NCBI GenBank assembly: GCA_054600435.1
Contig: BAAIJX010000013.1
Location: forward strand, 434,001-498,000
From: Neophaeotheca triangularis
Taxonomy: Eukaryota
Reading direction: 5' to 3'
DNA length: 64,000 nucleotides
Translations under genes and position numbers: made by a program
Part shown: in pieces, positions 61,090-64,000 of the stretch
How the letters are laid out: each line of letters starts with the position of its first letter
How positions within the stretch are numbered: position 1 is the first letter of the stretch
Notes under the pieces: generated by a model
Told to the model about the DNA's origin: nothing
What the model saw: only the letters and a program-made list of their open reading frames with translations
Database searches by the model: none

Positions 61090-61928
61090 GTTAGGGAGGG
61101 TCGGTGCAAGCAGACGAGAGATGGTTGATGCAATGTGGAAAGGTGGGGAGGTTTGCTTGGACGCTTTGCCGCTCATCTGCCCATTTTGACGGGCCATGAG
61201 CATACTTTCTCTTTCTTCTTCTTTTCTTTTGCTTTTCATACACTGCGCTGTCGTTCACGGATATACCCACTAGCTAGCTCGGAGCGGGCGTTGGCTACAC
61301 ATACAGTAATGTCACTTAATGAAACACCACTCTACTCTGAAACTACTCGCCTCCCTCTCCCCCTTCCTCCCTCGACTTCACTCAACCGCTCGGCAAGCTT
61401 CTAGCTCCCTCCGTCCACGGTTGTGTTCCGGAGACTCTTGGTTTCCACGCTAGCTGGACATCATCGATGCCCGGACATGTAGTCACGGAGTACTATTGCG
61501 ATACATGTCGTGTGCTGGGAAAGGGAGTGCTGTTTTAAGACCAGGGGGATATCTTTACCAATTGTTACATTCGCGTCGAGACGATGTTCGTGAGAGTGTG
61601 GCGATCCGTTAATAATGTCAAGCCACACTGCGGCTGCTGTCGTGAATGGGATGGTGGAAGTGCTCGTTGCGGTGTGACGAAGTAGTTAATGATTAACGGA
61701 GTGACAGCTGGGGATGGGGTGAGTGCAAGTTCGGATATGGTCGTTTGAAGGTCCAGAAATAGAGTAAGTTGGAGGGATTTAGTTACTGATTACCTAAGGT
61801 ATATTGTTTATCGATTGCGGGGGAAACAACCGACTAACCCACCTCAGCTCTCGGCCAGACAACTCCACGTGCCGGCTGCTGCATGTACTGCACTGCTCTG
61901 CTGCACCTCTCATGCAAGCGGGAAGCCA

Positions 61929-61970
61929 CTTTCACCTTCACCTTCACTTTCTCTTTCTCTTTCTCTTTCA
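61929..61970. repeat. Pyrimidine-rich hexamer repeats (TTCACC/TTTCTC)
   Basis: ctttcaccttcaccttcactttctctttctctttctctttca upstream of the F-box gene. Confidence 0.7.
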
Positions 61971-62160
61971 CTTGTGGTCGATTGACTGAGAGTACGGTGG
62001 TCAAGACTCGCATCATACTGCAGTCGACTGGCTTCACTCACCTACCGGTACTTGTTCGGGAAAGTGGTGAGCGACATCAGCGAAGCCTGAGCAGTGAGCT
62101 GGTCCGGTCAACGACACTCGACTGCTGCATGCCTACCTAGACCCTACTTACCTACGCATC

Positions 62161-64000
62161 ATGGAGTCTCCCATCCTGTCCTCCTCTCTCCCCTATCCTC
62201 CTGCTCCTTCCGATGACCGTGTCTCCTTTCATCCCTACCAAGACGATCCCCGAGACCTTGCCGTCACGCCAGCCCACCTCCCCATAGCGACAGACGACAT
62301 GACACCCCATGCGCTACCCGCAACACAAGCCCCGGACCTAAACCCCCCCAAGGATGCAAAAGGTCCAGAAACCCGCTCCCATCACGATACCAACGAAGCC
62401 GACCCCCCGGCTGCCCCACGACTCCGCTCAAGCCGCCTCTTTAAAGGCAAAGGCAAAGAGCCTGTGCTCGCGCAACCCGAGCGCAAGCAACCCCTCCGAC
62501 TCCTCGACCTCCCCCTCGACATCCTCAAAGACATCGTCAAAGAAGTCACCCACACCAACGACCTCGCCTCGCTGGCCCTCTGCCACAGCGCCCTCCACCG
62601 CCTCGCTATCCCCCACATCTACTCCCGCTTCGACATTGTCTGGCCCGACAGCAGCACCCACACGGAACCGCGCTCCGGCGTCGATGCCCTGACCTACGGT
62701 CTCGCGACGCTCGTCATGGCTGAGGAAATCTTTGGTGAAGCGCCGAGTCAACGTAGACCCGGGCAGAAGAACCGGTTTGCAGTCCACGGGCAAGCCAAGG
62801 CGAGCGAGCTGGGGATTCGGAGACGCAGAGGCAATCACTACGCGCAGTTTACGAAAAAGTTCTCTCTCGGCAATGGCCCTGCCGACTGGGTACAGGAGTA
62901 CTTGATCACAAAGGAAGGCGGCAAGATGCTGGGGACACTGGTCGCGCTGGCGGTTGCGAGGATGCGCGCGCTCGAGACATTTGTGTGGGATATGCCGACG
63001 GGTATTCTGAGGGACGTCTGGCTGGCGCTGTCTTCGCTGAGTGACAGGGATGATGGCATTCCCTGCCGGCTGGAAAAGGTCGCCGTCAGATGGCACGATA
63101 ACTCCGCCGTGGACGGCGTGGCTCCCCCTGTGCCTACGAATGTGGGCTTGTCGGTGCTGTCTGCGCAGGCGATTGCTTCGCATCCTGCCGCGCTGGATCG
63201 GTTGGAGCATCCTTCTTTTTCCATCTTGCCGCCGTTGAAGAGTTTGAGTGTTCTCGATATCGATGAATTGGCGTATTTGGATGAGATGGCTGTGCTGATT
63301 GGGAGGTCGATTGATAAGTTGAAGGAGCTAAGGGTGGGCATTGCTAGGCATGCTGTGGATAGAGATTGGGTTTCCGTGTGGGAAGGCAGTGATGCGCAGC
63401 AAGTGGATCCGGAGTATCCTACTGCTGGCTCTCTGACTATAGGCGAGAAGAGGTTGGGTGGCGTGCTCGGGGTTCTGACCGGGTTCGTCAACGACATGAG
63501 GAGGCCTAAGATGACTATGCCAATACGGAGGAAAGAAGCGTCTCGCTCTAGCGCTCGACATTCCCTGGCTCCCGAGGCTAACATTTCGACCAACCCTCCG
63601 CAAAGAGCAGCCGAAGCATCCAGCTTAGTGTTCAATGACTCGCAAGAGCCCTTGATCGATCTGTCTCCCGAAACTGTCGCCCAGCTACCGGTCTCGACTC
63701 CACTAAACGGCATCACGGCTCTTGAAGGCTTCCTTGAACCACCTGTCGATCCACTTATCAGCAACGGCCAAGCGAGCCCTCTCCATGACCGAAGCAGCCC
63801 ACTCTTCTTCCCCGAACCCGCTAGCCCAGACGAAACAGCCGACTCAGACTCCGAGCCGCCCGAAGCCTTCTTAGACCACAAACTCAAACTCGATACCCTC
63901 GAACTCGAACGCACACCGCTCTGCGTGCCAGTCCTCCTAAATGCGCTAGACTGGACAACCCTCACCTCGCTCACCATTCTGCACTGCCCAAACCACGAAC
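62161..64000 (+). CDS. F-box domain protein (partial; runs off the window)
   Basis: Frame read from ATG 62161: LRLLDLPLDILKDIVKEVTHTNDLASLALCHSALHRLAIPHIYSRFDIVWPD..GNHYAQFTKKFSLGNGP..LETFVWDMPTG, followed by LRR-like LxxLxL segments. Confidence 0.85.
   Translation, partial: MESPILSSSLPYPPAPSDDRVSFHPYQDDPRDLAVTPAHLPIATDDMTPHALPATQAPDLNPPKDAKGPETRSHHDTNEADPPAAPRLRSSRLFKGKGKEPVLAQPERKQPLRLLDLPLDILKDIVKEVTHTNDLASLALCHSALHRLAIPHIYSRFDIVWPDSSTHTEPRSGVDALTYGLATLVMAEEIFGEAPSQRRPGQKNRFAVHGQAKASELGIRRRRGNHYAQFTKKFSLGNGPADWVQEYLITKEGGKMLGTLVALAVARMRALETFVWDMPTGILRDVWLALSSLSDRDDGIPCRLEKVAVRWHDNSAVDGVAPPVPTNVGLSVLSAQAIASHPAALDRLEHPSFSILPPLKSLSVLDIDELAYLDEMAVLIGRSIDKLKELRVGIARHAVDRDWVSVWEGSDAQQVDPEYPTAGSLTIGEKRLGGVLGVLTGFVNDMRRPKMTMPIRRKEASRSSARHSLAPEANISTNPPQRAAEASSLVFNDSQEPLIDLSPETVAQLPVSTPLNGITALEGFLEPPVDPLISNGQASPLHDRSSPLFFPEPASPDETADSDSEPPEAFLDHKLKLDTLELERTPLCVPVLLNALDWTTLTSLTILHCPNHE

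Noticed and set aside
62838..63977. 379-aa minus-strand ORF, and many similar 150-250 aa antisense ORFs across the window
   Set aside because: Shadow frames opposite clearly identified genes; expected from GC-rich codon usage; no motifs.
1..64000. tRNA, rRNA, spliceosomal snRNA, CRISPR arrays, intact transposons, secondary-metabolite cluster
   Set aside because: No diagnostic motifs, long terminal or spaced repeats, or transposase/RT/PKS/NRPS frames seen by eye.

Overview
Eukaryotic, intron-containing DNA from a filamentous ascomycete (gene style suggests a Dothideomycete; inference). The window is gene-dense housekeeping sequence with about 25 recognisable protein genes: GH18 chitinase (partial), omega-like GST, SPX-RING E3, CSR1-type Sec14 protein, DAM1, SDS23, HNH-like protein, metacaspase, secreted carboxylesterase, secreted hevein/NIDO-like protein, TRM10, HAD hydrolase, CCT7, JJJ1, GAR1, spastin-like AAA ATPase, mitochondrial AsnRS, mitoferrin, ARP4, GUP1, HRT3, MTM1, VPS51, RMI1, YTP1-family protein and a partial F-box protein. 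Many are arranged as head-to-head pairs. I found no rRNA, tRNA, CRISPR array, intact transposon or biosynthetic cluster. The most interesting unexplained signals are non-coding: (1) an oversized 378-nt metacaspase intron holding a ~105-nt hairpin with a cCACGg tetraloop and an alternative in-frame tail; (2) a box C/D kink-turn element in the long second intron of ARP4; (3) a systematic C-rich to G/T-rich switch at gene 3' ends; (4) a recurrent intergenic TACCT/AGGTA palindrome; (5) several decayed-gene-like stretches. Exon boundaries were read by eye from GT..AG and branch motifs; no searches or folding computations were run.
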